A DNA stretch of 64,000 bases from an uncultured archaeon (lineage in GTDB: Archaea; Aenigmatarchaeota; Aenigmatarchaeia; Aenigmatarchaeales; Aenigmatarchaeaceae), in assembly GCA_964348065.1 (NCBI GenBank), contig CAYGBE010000214.1:2572-66571 (forward strand). Reading direction: 5' to 3'. The position numbers and the translations under genes were made by a program. The notes beneath the pieces were generated by a model. It did not search any database. It saw only the letters and a list, made by a program, of their open reading frames with translations, and had not been told where the DNA came from. Below, piece by piece: positions 1 to 9,042 of this stretch. Positions within the stretch are counted from its first letter, which is position 1. Each line of letters starts with the position of its first letter.

Positions 1-418
1 ATGAACTTCTAAATTCAGATCTATATCTTACTTTGGTTAAAAATTCTGTATTTTCTGTTGTTAGCATAATATCCATATCAATAAGAGGAAGTGTTGCTTT
101 GTTATATATTTGAGAGAATTCGTATCTTGCATTATTATAATCTTCTTCTAAATGTTGTAAATTTTCTAAAATTGACAATTCCTTTCTAGTATAATTACCA
201 ACATTGAACACACCTCTTATTACATCTTGCCCATGCCTCTTATTCATTCTAAGTGCAGCATCTATAACAGAAAATTGTAAAGGTGTAGCTCTAAATAGTC
301 TTCGATAATATTGAATAGTCACTTGTCTCAACATATCCATTTGTGCACTTTTTGTAAATGGACGTTTAAGGACGCTTAAGCGTCCTTCATCTATGTGTTT
401 TCCATTAATTTTAGCCAT
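1..418 (-). CDS. hypothetical protein, N-terminal part (ORF runs off the left edge)
   Basis: Own minus-strand translation from the ATG at 416-418 (MAKINGKHIDEGRLSVLKRPFTKSAQMDMLRQVTIQYYRRLF...) stays open for 139 codons to the window edge. It is absent from the track because it has no stop here. No family recognised. Confidence 0.4.
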   Translation of the reverse strand, partial: MAKINGKHIDEGRLSVLKRPFTKSAQMDMLRQVTIQYYRRLFRATPLQFSVIDAALRMNKRHGQDVIRGVFNVGNYTRKELSILENLQHLEEDYNNARYEFSQIYNKATLPLIDMDIMLTTENTEFLTKVRYRSEFRSS

Positions 419-426
419 ACAACCAC

Positions 427-1296
427 TTATTTGGTTTTAAACTTTTTTAAGAAATCTTCAGCTGGCAAAGATTTTTCCCAAAGTAAGTGAAAATAGTTTC
501 TAAAAACTTTTGCTATTAATTTACCTGTTAGCATTATACCAGTATAATCAGCACTTGTTTCTGACCAAGAAACACCTTCTTTCATGTCTTTTAAACTTAA
601 ACCAGGTTTTAATGTTTTCTGTATTATATAAACTGTTTTTCCATCTGATATGATTCCTCTTAATTTACTTGATTCTTCATTATAACAACGCAATTCAGCT
701 CCAGTTTTAACAGCTTTTTTAACATTGGGTACTACTTCCTTCACGCCTCTAGACCAAAGAATCTTGTATTTTAATCCTTTTTTTGTAAGTTTCTTTATGT
801 ATTTTGCTCTTGAATGAATCCATGACAAGTCTCCAGCAAATACTAAAACCTCTTTTTTAGTTTCATCTTGAACCTGGTTCCAAATATCACCAATATTTAT
901 TCCTCTTTTTGTGACTGTTAACATCAGGTCATCTTTTTCAGTTTCCAATTTTTCCAATGGTAATGAAGAAACTGTTTTCAAAAATTGAGAAGAAACATTA
1001 TCAATATGTTTAATTTTATTTTCAATACTCTTTTTTTCATCAACTTTTAATATATCAAAAAATCTTTTTAGATTAACTATTCTAAATTTTTTGGGTCTTG
1101 TTCTAGATATTGATACAAGTCCTTTTTCTGATAAACTTGTCATTGTATCATAAACTCTTGGAAGTGGTATTTCTCCTGCAGCAGATATTTTTTCAGCGCT
1201 GCATTTCCCAAATCTAATTAAAGTTATACATGCCTTTGCTTCATATTCTGTTAAACCCAACTGCTTTAACATTTCTTTTAGTTTTTGAGTCACCAT
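427..1296 (-). CDS. TrmB-family transcriptional regulator
   Basis: 289 aa. The N-terminus LGLTEYEAKACITLIRFGKCSAEKISAAGEIPLPRVYDTMTSLSEKGLVS matches the TrmB-type winged-helix pattern, and the long C-terminal domain is compatible with a TrmB effector domain. Confidence 0.65.
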   Translation of the reverse strand: MVTQKLKEMLKQLGLTEYEAKACITLIRFGKCSAEKISAAGEIPLPRVYDTMTSLSEKGLVSISRTRPKKFRIVNLKRFFDILKVDEKKSIENKIKHIDNVSSQFLKTVSSLPLEKLETEKDDLMLTVTKRGINIGDIWNQVQDETKKEVLVFAGDLSWIHSRAKYIKKLTKKGLKYKILWSRGVKEVVPNVKKAVKTGAELRCYNEESSKLRGIISDGKTVYIIQKTLKPGLSLKDMKEGVSWSETSADYTGIMLTGKLIAKVFRNYFHLLWEKSLPAEDFLKKFKTK

Positions 1297-1545
1297 ATAA
1301 TCATCTAGTTTATTAACTCTTTTAACCGGATGATAATTAATAATAAAAACCTAAACTTTAAAAAACTTTCTGAAAGTACCAAAAGTGTTAAAATAATCAA
1401 AAAAAACAAGCCTATTCTTTAAAAAACTAACTTCTAACATCACTTAAAAGTTAAGATATTGGTCGATAAATGTCGAATCCCTGTATATATTTACTACTAT
1501 CAATGAGTAAGTTTATAAGTTAAAAAAACTATATTATATTACTAT

Positions 1546-2049
1546 ATGGAACGCAGCAAAAAAGTTATCTTTGTATCTCATTGTCTTTTAAATCAAAACG
1601 CAAGAGCCATTGGTAGAGAAAGATTTACTGGATCATTCAAAGATCTGTTAGAATTATTTGCAGAATCAAGCGTTGGGATAGTTCAATTGCCGTGCCCTCA
1701 ATTAGAATTCAACGGTGGATTAAATAGAAGGTTAGGTGCAAATTTTCATAAAACAAACGGTTATAGAAAACAATGTCGCAAATTATCTCTTAGTCTTATA
1801 AATCTGATAGAAAACTATCTCAGAAGCAATTATCATGTGGTTGGCATTTTAGGTGTAGAACTGTCTGCTACTTGTGCTGTTCATAGAATAAAGAACGGAA
1901 GAAAGAATGTTCCTGGAAAAGGGATTTTAATAGAAGAACTTGAAAGCGAGATGCAAAAAAGAAATTTTCAGGTTCCAATAATAGGAGTAAATCTTAACAA
2001 CATTTATAGTTCTATAGAAAAAGTTCAGTCTTTATTGGATTTCTCTTAA
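1546..2049 (+). CDS. DUF523/TudS-like protein (putative three-Cys Fe-S thionucleobase desulfidase family), paralog 1
   Basis: 167 aa. VIFVSHCLLNQNAR, LPCPQLE and SATCAV give three Cys at roughly the spacing I recall for DUF523/TudS. Paralogous to 14089-14562. Confidence 0.45.
   Translation: MERSKKVIFVSHCLLNQNARAIGRERFTGSFKDLLELFAESSVGIVQLPCPQLEFNGGLNRRLGANFHKTNGYRKQCRKLSLSLINLIENYLRSNYHVVGILGVELSATCAVHRIKNGRKNVPGKGILIEELESEMQKRNFQVPIIGVNLNNIYSSIEKVQSLLDFS
1902..1982. repeat. inverted repeat arm 1 (81 bp, 77/81 identical to the reverse complement of 14156-14236)
   Basis: Direct comparison: aaagaatgttcctggaaaagggattttaatagaagaacttgaaagcgagatgcaaaaaagaaattttcaggttccaataat versus the reverse complement of the partner differs at 4 positions. 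The flanking gene sequence is far more diverged. Confidence 0.8.
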
Positions 2050-3714
2050 TTACATTTTCTTTAAAATAGGCACGCCTAATACTTCTAAACCAGTTCCTAA
2101 AACAAATTTCACTGATTCTACAATTTTTAATCTAGCTTTTCTTGTGTTTTCTTCAGATTTTAAAACAGGTATAGATTGGTAAAATTTATTAAAAGTGTCT
2201 GCCAACCCATACAAATAATTGGCTATAAAATGCGGTCTTAATTCTTTCAAAGTTTTTTCTAAAACCTGTGGATATTTTGATAATAATTTTAAGATTTCTA
2301 TTTCTATTTCATCTTTTAGATATTTTACATTAAAATCTTCTATTTTTGCTTTTTCCAGTATAGAATTGGCTCTTGCATAAGTATATTGAAGGTAAGGACC
2401 TGTATTTCCATCAAATCTTAAGACTTCATCCCAACTGAACATAACATTCTTCTCAGGACTAACTTTTACTATACTGTATCTGACAGCTCCAACAGCAACT
2501 TTTTTCGCTCTCTTGAATTTTTCTGCTTGCAGATCTGGATGTCTTTTTTCAATTTCTTTTAAAGCCTTTTCATAAGCTTCATCAATAAAATCTTCTAATA
2601 GGACTAATTCTCCCTTTCTTGTGCTCATCTTTCCTGTTGGCAATAAAATAAAAGAATAATGAACAACTTGTGGTGGTTCATAATCTAAAATCTTTAAGGC
2701 TGCTGACAATTGTTTAAAGTAAAATTTATGATCTTCCCCCAAAACAACTATGTTAATATCTTTTGCTCTTTCAATTTTATCTATAGTATATGCTATATCT
2801 TTTAAATTGTACAAACTTGTGCCGTCTGATCTTAATAAAACAAAAGCAGGGGATTCCATTGGTATATCAAAACCTTTTAAATCAAGAACCTTTCTATTGT
2901 TTTCATCTGTAAATATCTTACCTGTTTTTTCAAGTTTTTTTAGAATCTTATTGGTTTTTTTATTAATTATATAATCACTTTCATAATCAAAAAAATCATA
3001 ATCTATTCCTAATTCAGATAGTATATCTTTCTGGCCTCTAACGCATAGGGAAACCACCCTCTTAAAGAAATCCATAGTTTTCTTATCTCCTTTCTCAAAT
3101 TTTGCAAGAATTTCATAAACTTTTTTCTCAGTTTCAGGATTTTCTTTTGCTTCTTTACTTGTTTCAATATATATTTGCAATAGGTCTTCAAATTTTAATT
3201 CTTCAATATCTTTACTCATAACACCATAAACTAAAACAGCTATCTGTTTTCCAACATCATTAACAAGATAATGAACTTCTGTCTCATAACCTAGGAATTT
3301 AATTAATCTAACTAAAGAGTCTCCAATAATAGCATTTCTTGCTCTGCCAACATGAGGAGAGGCGTTTGGATTTATGCTAGTATGCTCAATCAAAGCTTTT
3401 TTATCTTTTATTATGAAACCTCCATATTTTTCATTAATTGATTCTAATAATTTTTGACCAAAACTTTCCCAATTAATAAAGAAATTTACATAAGGCCCTA
3501 TGGCTTCTATTCTTTTAATGTAATCTATTTTCAACTCACTTGCTAATTTTTTAGCAATTTCCTTGGGATCTTTTTTCATTTTTTTAGCTAAAGAAAAACA
3601 AGCATATGCAAGATCTCCGTATTTATCCGGTTCTTCTATTTCATTGATACTAACATCTAATGATTTTGCTATTTCTTTTTTCAAAAATAACCAGGGATTT
3701 TGCATATAACTCAT
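2050..3714 (-). CDS. argS: arginyl-tRNA synthetase
   Basis: 554 aa. Class I motifs HTSINPNASPHVGRARNAIIGD (HIGH-type) and KMSTRKG (KMSKS-type), and typical ArgRS length and C-terminal anticodon-binding region. Confidence 0.9.
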   Translation of the reverse strand: MSYMQNPWLFLKKEIAKSLDVSINEIEEPDKYGDLAYACFSLAKKMKKDPKEIAKKLASELKIDYIKRIEAIGPYVNFFINWESFGQKLLESINEKYGGFIIKDKKALIEHTSINPNASPHVGRARNAIIGDSLVRLIKFLGYETEVHYLVNDVGKQIAVLVYGVMSKDIEELKFEDLLQIYIETSKEAKENPETEKKVYEILAKFEKGDKKTMDFFKRVVSLCVRGQKDILSELGIDYDFFDYESDYIINKKTNKILKKLEKTGKIFTDENNRKVLDLKGFDIPMESPAFVLLRSDGTSLYNLKDIAYTIDKIERAKDINIVVLGEDHKFYFKQLSAALKILDYEPPQVVHYSFILLPTGKMSTRKGELVLLEDFIDEAYEKALKEIEKRHPDLQAEKFKRAKKVAVGAVRYSIVKVSPEKNVMFSWDEVLRFDGNTGPYLQYTYARANSILEKAKIEDFNVKYLKDEIEIEILKLLSKYPQVLEKTLKELRPHFIANYLYGLADTFNKFYQSIPVLKSEENTRKARLKIVESVKFVLGTGLEVLGVPILKKM

Positions 3715-3776
3715 TATATATTATTTAAAATTAATAATAAGTAATCTTTTTCTTAAAGGTTTAACAATTCTTAGTT

Positions 3777-4184
3777 ATGAAAGGACAGGCTGCTTTTGAA
3801 TATTTACTGATTTTTTCAATGATTATAGTATTGGTATTAATTCTAGTAGCGTATTCTGGACAGCTTACAGAAAGAAACAAAGAAGAAATAAGAATATCAA
3901 ATGCTATATCTGCAGCAAGACATATCATAGATGCAGCAAACATAGTAAATACACAAGGAAAGCCTTCTCAAATAACATTAAACTCAGTTTATATTCCTGA
4001 GGGCGTTGAGTCAATAAATATCAGCGGAAAAACTCTTCTGATCAGAGTATGGATAGCTGGGGGCATAGGTGATATTCCTGTAATGTCAAAAGCAGATTTG
4101 CAGGGTTCTATATCAAGTACTCAAGGATTGAAGAGAATAAGAGTAAAGGCCGAGGATAATTATGTTAACATCACGGAAGTCTGA
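3777..4184 (+). CDS. type IV pilin-like protein (class III signal peptide)
   Basis: 135 aa. MKG|QAAFEYLLIFSMIIVLVLILV has a short basic leader, G at -1, Q at +1 and then about 20 hydrophobic residues, which is the archaeal prepilin pattern. Confidence 0.65.
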   Translation: MKGQAAFEYLLIFSMIIVLVLILVAYSGQLTERNKEEIRISNAISAARHIIDAANIVNTQGKPSQITLNSVYIPEGVESINISGKTLLIRVWIAGGIGDIPVMSKADLQGSISSTQGLKRIRVKAEDNYVNITEV

Positions 4185-4566
4185 AGTTACAATAGAATTT
4201 ATTAGTTTAGTTGGTTTTTTACTAATTATTTTTATTATTGTTCTAATTGTAATTGGTTTGAAAAATAATGACATATCAACTTCAACTATTTATTCAGATG
4301 CTCAAAGAACCTCTAACTTAATAGCAAATGAAATTAATTTTGCAGCCAGTATAAGAGGATATTACAGGGTATTTGAAATACCACCAAAGCTTGTAAACAA
4401 TATAGAATATTCTGTCTCTATTAATACGGATTTTAGACTTGTTGAAATTAAATGGGACACTAAAAGTGTTACGTCTAATATAATTACAAATAATGTTTCT
4501 GGAACAATAAATCCAGGAGTAAATAAAATTAAAAATGATGGTGGGGGGGTCTTAATTGAAAGCTGA
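4162..4566 (+). CDS. pilin-like protein (minor pilin candidate)
   Basis: 134 aa. SRKS|EVTIEFISLVGFLLIIFIIVLIVI forms an N-terminal hydrophobic helix after a basic leader. It overlaps the upstream gene by 23 nt. Confidence 0.45.
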   Translation: MLTSRKSEVTIEFISLVGFLLIIFIIVLIVIGLKNNDISTSTIYSDAQRTSNLIANEINFAASIRGYYRVFEIPPKLVNNIEYSVSINTDFRLVEIKWDTKSVTSNIITNNVSGTINPGVNKIKNDGGGVLIES

Positions 4567-5044
4567 GCTCTTCTCCTCAGATTTTGCTATGGCTTTATTT
4601 ATTTTTTTAATAGTAATGGCCATATCCGAATTATTTTTTAGCAACCTTAATGCAGAAATAAATGATTATAAAACACGCGAAGATATACAAGCTAAAGTTA
4701 ATAGTATAGCAGATGTTCTGCTGACAAGCACTGGTTATCCAGAATATTGGAACAATGATACTGTTGAGATTATAGGATTTTTTAATTCTGGTCTAATAAA
4801 CTTAACTAAATTTGATGAACTTAAAGAAATTGAATACTACACTGCAAAAAGAATAATGGGTGTTGGGAGATATGAAATTTATATTGAAATCAAAAATGAA
4901 ACTGGGTATCTTATAAATGATTATAAATATGGCAAAAAGGAAGATGAAAACTCTAATCAGGTTTTTTACGTGAAAAGATTGGGTTTAGTTAATTTTAGTG
5001 GAAATACAACCAAAGCTATTTTAGATGTTGGTGTTTGGTCATGA
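4556..5044 (+). CDS. pilin-like protein (minor pilin candidate)
   Basis: 162 aa. N-terminus MKA|ELFSSDFAMALFIFLIVMAI. Translationally coupled to both neighbours. Confidence 0.45.
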   Translation: MKAELFSSDFAMALFIFLIVMAISELFFSNLNAEINDYKTREDIQAKVNSIADVLLTSTGYPEYWNNDTVEIIGFFNSGLINLTKFDELKEIEYYTAKRIMGVGRYEIYIEIKNETGYLINDYKYGKKEDENSNQVFYVKRLGLVNFSGNTTKAILDVGVWS

Positions 5045-6933
5045 GAGGCATTATCTTTACTATTGATGCTTTAATAGCACTTGGCATAATAATAGCAGTA
5101 ATAGCTGGTTTAATTTTCTTTAGAACAAGAGTAACATCGCCTTACTTAGCCTCAGAACAACTACACTTCGTATCAGAGGATGTGTTAACAGTTCTTTCTA
5201 ATTCTAAGCTTGGAGATGTTTGTGATAATCAAAGTTTATTGAATCAATACATATCTACTGGGATCTTAAATCAAAGCGATTTGGAAGAAAGAACAATAGA
5301 CATTATAGGGGCCTTATGGTCTGCTGGATATGTGGAAGAAGCAGCAAATATAACAAAAGACATTCTTAATGGTTTTATTCCAAGTAACATGGGTTATGAG
5401 TTTTTAATAGATGGTGATCCTATTTACAATTCTTCAGACACTTCAAGAACAGATTATCAAAACTCAACAATAGAAATTTCTTCTGGAAGAGTTGTTTCTG
5501 GTTATGAAAAATACAAACCTACAGATGGTTATGTTGCAAGAGCTATAGCTAAAAGAATAAGCAAAAATAACACGCTTATTATAATGGGTGATGTAGTTTC
5601 TAGCAGTGTTTGCAAAAAAGAACAAGAAAATAAATGTGCAGGAAGTAATCAAAATCATGTCAATGTTACTTATGTTATAGATATACCTGAAGATGCTACT
5701 ATTCTTGATGCATATTGGTTTATAGAATCTGCTTCTGTTGATAACAACTTTAAGGCTTATTTGAATGGAGAATACGTACCTGGAAGTGCTGGTTCCGGTA
5801 ATCAACTGGTAGAAGATTTTGAAGACATGCTTAATTCTGGCCTTAATATAGGAATAGTTGATTTCTGGTATCAGGCAGGAAGTTTTAGCGGTGGAGACGA
5901 TGGTGCAACACATATAGTTGTAATTTATAATACTTCCACATTATCAACATTAGAACAGTTTGAAAAACAGTATTTCCAAACCGTTTTTTCAAATTGTTCA
6001 ATTGAATATAAAAAACCAGTATTTGTACCTGGAAATATTTCAAATTTGTCTGTTAGACTAAATATTACTAATGAAACGCAGGTTGATAATTTAACATTAA
6101 TGTTCATGTGGAAGGGTATTAAATATTTAATAAGCAACAAAACTCCTGTTGATGGTGTTGCAGAATGGAATGATACAGAAATAAGAAATGTTTTGGATAC
6201 AAACGGAATTTCTTATGATGACCTTAGATCAAGATACTTTTGGTTTATAGCACATATAGACAATTACACTCGTGTAGAAGATTTTGGATATGGAAGAATA
6301 TTAAATGGTAATGATTCTTATGTTAGTGTTAATTATTCAAGACTGGGAATAATATACAATTATATTGATTTAACTAGAGAGCTTAAAAATTACACATATG
6401 CAGATCTAGATACACAGTTTTCACTTTCAGATTTTTATAGATATGTTAGATGGGACTTTAATTTAACTTATAAAATTCCTTTATTTGCTAGATGGCAATT
6501 TGCTTGGGGTTATTGGAGTGGATGGGATCCGCAACAACTTGCAAGAGCAAATGACATAGTTTTGTATAATCATGATCCAGCAAATGCATCAAGTGATCCT
6601 TTGATTATAGCTTTTGCAAGATTTGGATATGAAAATAACCCGCTGGGAGTTTTAATTAACAGCAACAATAAATTTGAACTAAATTTCACTGATGGTTATT
6701 CTGTTAATCCAGTGGATTCTCTTGGACATACAACATTTTTAGTACCTGCATCAGTAGGTTATGGTGATGTATTTGAAAATGAAACTGACGCAGACAATGA
6801 CGCAATTCAAAGGTTAGAGGATGTATTAGGTGATGACATTTCGGCTATGGAAATGCTTGTAGATTCCATTAGGGTTTCTGGTGTTCCATACATGTGGGGA
6901 CCAGTAAGTGCAAGAGTTAGAACGTGGGTGTAA
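5041..6933 (+). CDS. large pilin-like surface protein (class III signal peptide, about 630 aa)
   Basis: MRG|IIFTIDALIALGIIIAVIAGLIFF. I chose the ATG at 5041, which makes an ATGA overlap with the upstream stop, over the TTG at 5035 used by the track. I counted 24 N-X-S/T sequons in the translation. Confidence 0.55.
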   Translation: MRGIIFTIDALIALGIIIAVIAGLIFFRTRVTSPYLASEQLHFVSEDVLTVLSNSKLGDVCDNQSLLNQYISTGILNQSDLEERTIDIIGALWSAGYVEEAANITKDILNGFIPSNMGYEFLIDGDPIYNSSDTSRTDYQNSTIEISSGRVVSGYEKYKPTDGYVARAIAKRISKNNTLIIMGDVVSSSVCKKEQENKCAGSNQNHVNVTYVIDIPEDATILDAYWFIESASVDNNFKAYLNGEYVPGSAGSGNQLVEDFEDMLNSGLNIGIVDFWYQAGSFSGGDDGATHIVVIYNTSTLSTLEQFEKQYFQTVFSNCSIEYKKPVFVPGNISNLSVRLNITNETQVDNLTLMFMWKGIKYLISNKTPVDGVAEWNDTEIRNVLDTNGISYDDLRSRYFWFIAHIDNYTRVEDFGYGRILNGNDSYVSVNYSRLGIIYNYIDLTRELKNYTYADLDTQFSLSDFYRYVRWDFNLTYKIPLFARWQFAWGYWSGWDPQQLARANDIVLYNHDPANASSDPLIIAFARFGYENNPLGVLINSNNKFELNFTDGYSVNPVDSLGHTTFLVPASVGYGDVFENETDADNDAIQRLEDVLGDDISAMEMLVDSIRVSGVPYMWGPVSARVRTWV

Positions 6934-6935
6934 GT

Positions 6936-8150
6936 ATGAAAGGTTTACTTTATACTATAATGGCGGCTCTGCTTATTATTCCGGTATTTGGAATAATATT
7001 TTTCTACTCACAAGTAGGTGAAACAAATATTGACATAAGTATCAGAGCAAATGAACTTAAGTATTTTGTGGATAGTATTGAATCTGACTTAAACAGGTTT
7101 ATAGAGATAAGCGGCAAAAGAGCTCTTATAGCTGCAGTTTCTAATATTACAGTATCTGGACCTTCAGCGGTTTTTGAAGATGCTGGATTAGGATTAGCAG
7201 AATTAATACAAAACGGAACAATAAAAGGCTTTGAAGCTCCTTTGGTAGATACTAGTAATATAAACAGATGGGAAGAAAATGTAAGTGATATAGCAAGCGG
7301 TTCTGGTTTTACTTTAAATTTCGAATCTATTGAAGTAAACGTAACACAAAATGATAGCTTTAATCTTTTGTTTAATATAAAAATTCTTTTGAATCTTTCA
7401 GATAAGCAAGTAAAAATGGGCGTTTTAAGGAACATAACTACATCACAATTAGTTTCTATAGAAAGAATAGAAGATCCAATTTTTCCATTAAATACTTTTG
7501 GAAGAGTGAGCAGAATAATAAGATATTACAACTTTACTAATTATGCAAAAGATTTAGTTGAAGGCTCTACAGCAGGTTTGGGAAGTGTTAGTGGAAATGC
7601 AACAACTTCTACAATAAGCCCAAACAGTGAAAAAATATTTATTACAGATAATATGACGCAACCTATTGCAACATTAAATTCTTTTGGTGGTATTGTTAGT
7701 GAAGATCCTTATGTTAATCCTGGTTTAACAGTACCTTATATAGCTGGTGCATCTGGAGCTACAGCAATAATTCAAGAAAATCAAAGAATATATCTAGACT
7801 TTAACACTAAGAAAGTTTGGGATTTGAAAAACTTGACAGACAATATTGTTTATGGTTATTACAGACCTTCTGACAAAGGAGCAAGTTTTCTAGATAGATT
7901 AGAAGGTAGATTAACTCTTTCAAGCAAGTATGAACCACATGGTTTAGAAACTGTTGTTAATTTAGAAGATATACTTGCAATGAATTTAGGAGTAGATTAT
8001 ACATTTAGTTGTATAGATTATAAATATTGGAGCAACATTACAGGAAGTGCTGTTAGAAATGGTGACTATGATCCTGTATTTAATTGGTTTAAAATAGATT
8101 CAGAAGATAACCACCCCAATATTTATGGTGTTAGTGGACTAATTAGTTAG
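6936..8150 (+). CDS. large pilin-like surface protein (about 404 aa)
   Basis: MKG|LLYTIMAALLIIPVFGIIFF. The ATG at 6936, 2 nt after the upstream stop, is preferred over the GTG at 6924. I counted 12 N-X-S/T sequons. Confidence 0.5.
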   Translation: MKGLLYTIMAALLIIPVFGIIFFYSQVGETNIDISIRANELKYFVDSIESDLNRFIEISGKRALIAAVSNITVSGPSAVFEDAGLGLAELIQNGTIKGFEAPLVDTSNINRWEENVSDIASGSGFTLNFESIEVNVTQNDSFNLLFNIKILLNLSDKQVKMGVLRNITTSQLVSIERIEDPIFPLNTFGRVSRIIRYYNFTNYAKDLVEGSTAGLGSVSGNATTSTISPNSEKIFITDNMTQPIATLNSFGGIVSEDPYVNPGLTVPYIAGASGATAIIQENQRIYLDFNTKKVWDLKNLTDNIVYGYYRPSDKGASFLDRLEGRLTLSSKYEPHGLETVVNLEDILAMNLGVDYTFSCIDYKYWSNITGSAVRNGDYDPVFNWFKIDSEDNHPNIYGVSGLIS

Positions 8151-8198
8151 ACGAAAAATTATATATGGTGTTAAAGAACTAATTTGAATAGGGATTAG

Positions 8199-9038
8199 AT
8201 GAAAGAAATAAATGGGTTAATAATAGAAACTCCAATTGACAAACTCATAAAAATAATTAAAGATAAAGAGAAAATAACTATGAGTGAAGCAGCCAAAGAA
8301 CTTGGGGTTACTCAAAATCAAATAGAACAGTGGATTAGAATTCTAGAAGAAAGAGATTTTATAGAAGTAAAATATCCAGCAATTGGAGAACCTATTATAA
8401 CTATTAAAAAAATTAAAGGGAAAAAAATAGCTAAAAGACTTGAGAGAGAAAAAAAGAAAATTGAGAAAAAGGCAGAAATTTTTGAAAAGAAAATAATAAA
8501 AACTGAAGGGAAAATAGAAATAACAAGTAAAGATGTATCTAAATTAGAAAAAGAACTGCATAAGAAATTAGAAGATGTTGAGAAAAATCTTAAACTCTTA
8601 GATTCTTTAGAATCTAAAAAACAAGAAGCAATCAAAGATACAAAAGAAATAGAAAATATAACAGAAAAGATGGTAAAAAGCTTTGATGAATTAAAATTAA
8701 ATATAGAAGCTGTTGACAAACAAATTAATGAAAAAATCAAATATATAGAATCACATGGAAATCAGATAAAAAATTTAGAAGAAATGAAAGAAGAGATAAG
8801 AAGGGATATAAAGAATCTAGAAGCAGAAATTAAATTGACTGGACTTGTTTTAAAAGGTAAAAAAATTCCTAGTGTAAATCCATTAAAAAGATTATTTGGA
8901 AGACACAAGAAAAAAACAGAAAATGTAAAAAATAAGCATAAAAAACTACATAAAAAATTTTTTAATATTAAAAAGAAGACAGAAAAAAAGAAAAATAAAG
9001 CTAAGAAAAAGTCAAATATCTATAGGGATTTTTGGTGA
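8199..9038 (+). CDS. winged-helix plus coiled-coil protein with lysine-rich tail, pilus-locus associated
   Basis: 279 aa. The N-terminus MSEAAKELGVTQNQIEQWIRILEERDFIEVKY is HTH-like. The middle about 150 aa are E/K heptad-rich. The C-terminus is KKKTENVKNKHKKLHKKFFNIKKKTEKKKNKAKKK. Confidence 0.4.
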   Translation: MKEINGLIIETPIDKLIKIIKDKEKITMSEAAKELGVTQNQIEQWIRILEERDFIEVKYPAIGEPIITIKKIKGKKIAKRLEREKKKIEKKAEIFEKKIIKTEGKIEITSKDVSKLEKELHKKLEDVEKNLKLLDSLESKKQEAIKDTKEIENITEKMVKSFDELKLNIEAVDKQINEKIKYIESHGNQIKNLEEMKEEIRRDIKNLEAEIKLTGLVLKGKKIPSVNPLKRLFGRHKKKTENVKNKHKKLHKKFFNIKKKTEKKKNKAKKKSNIYRDFW

Positions 9039-9042
9039 ATAA

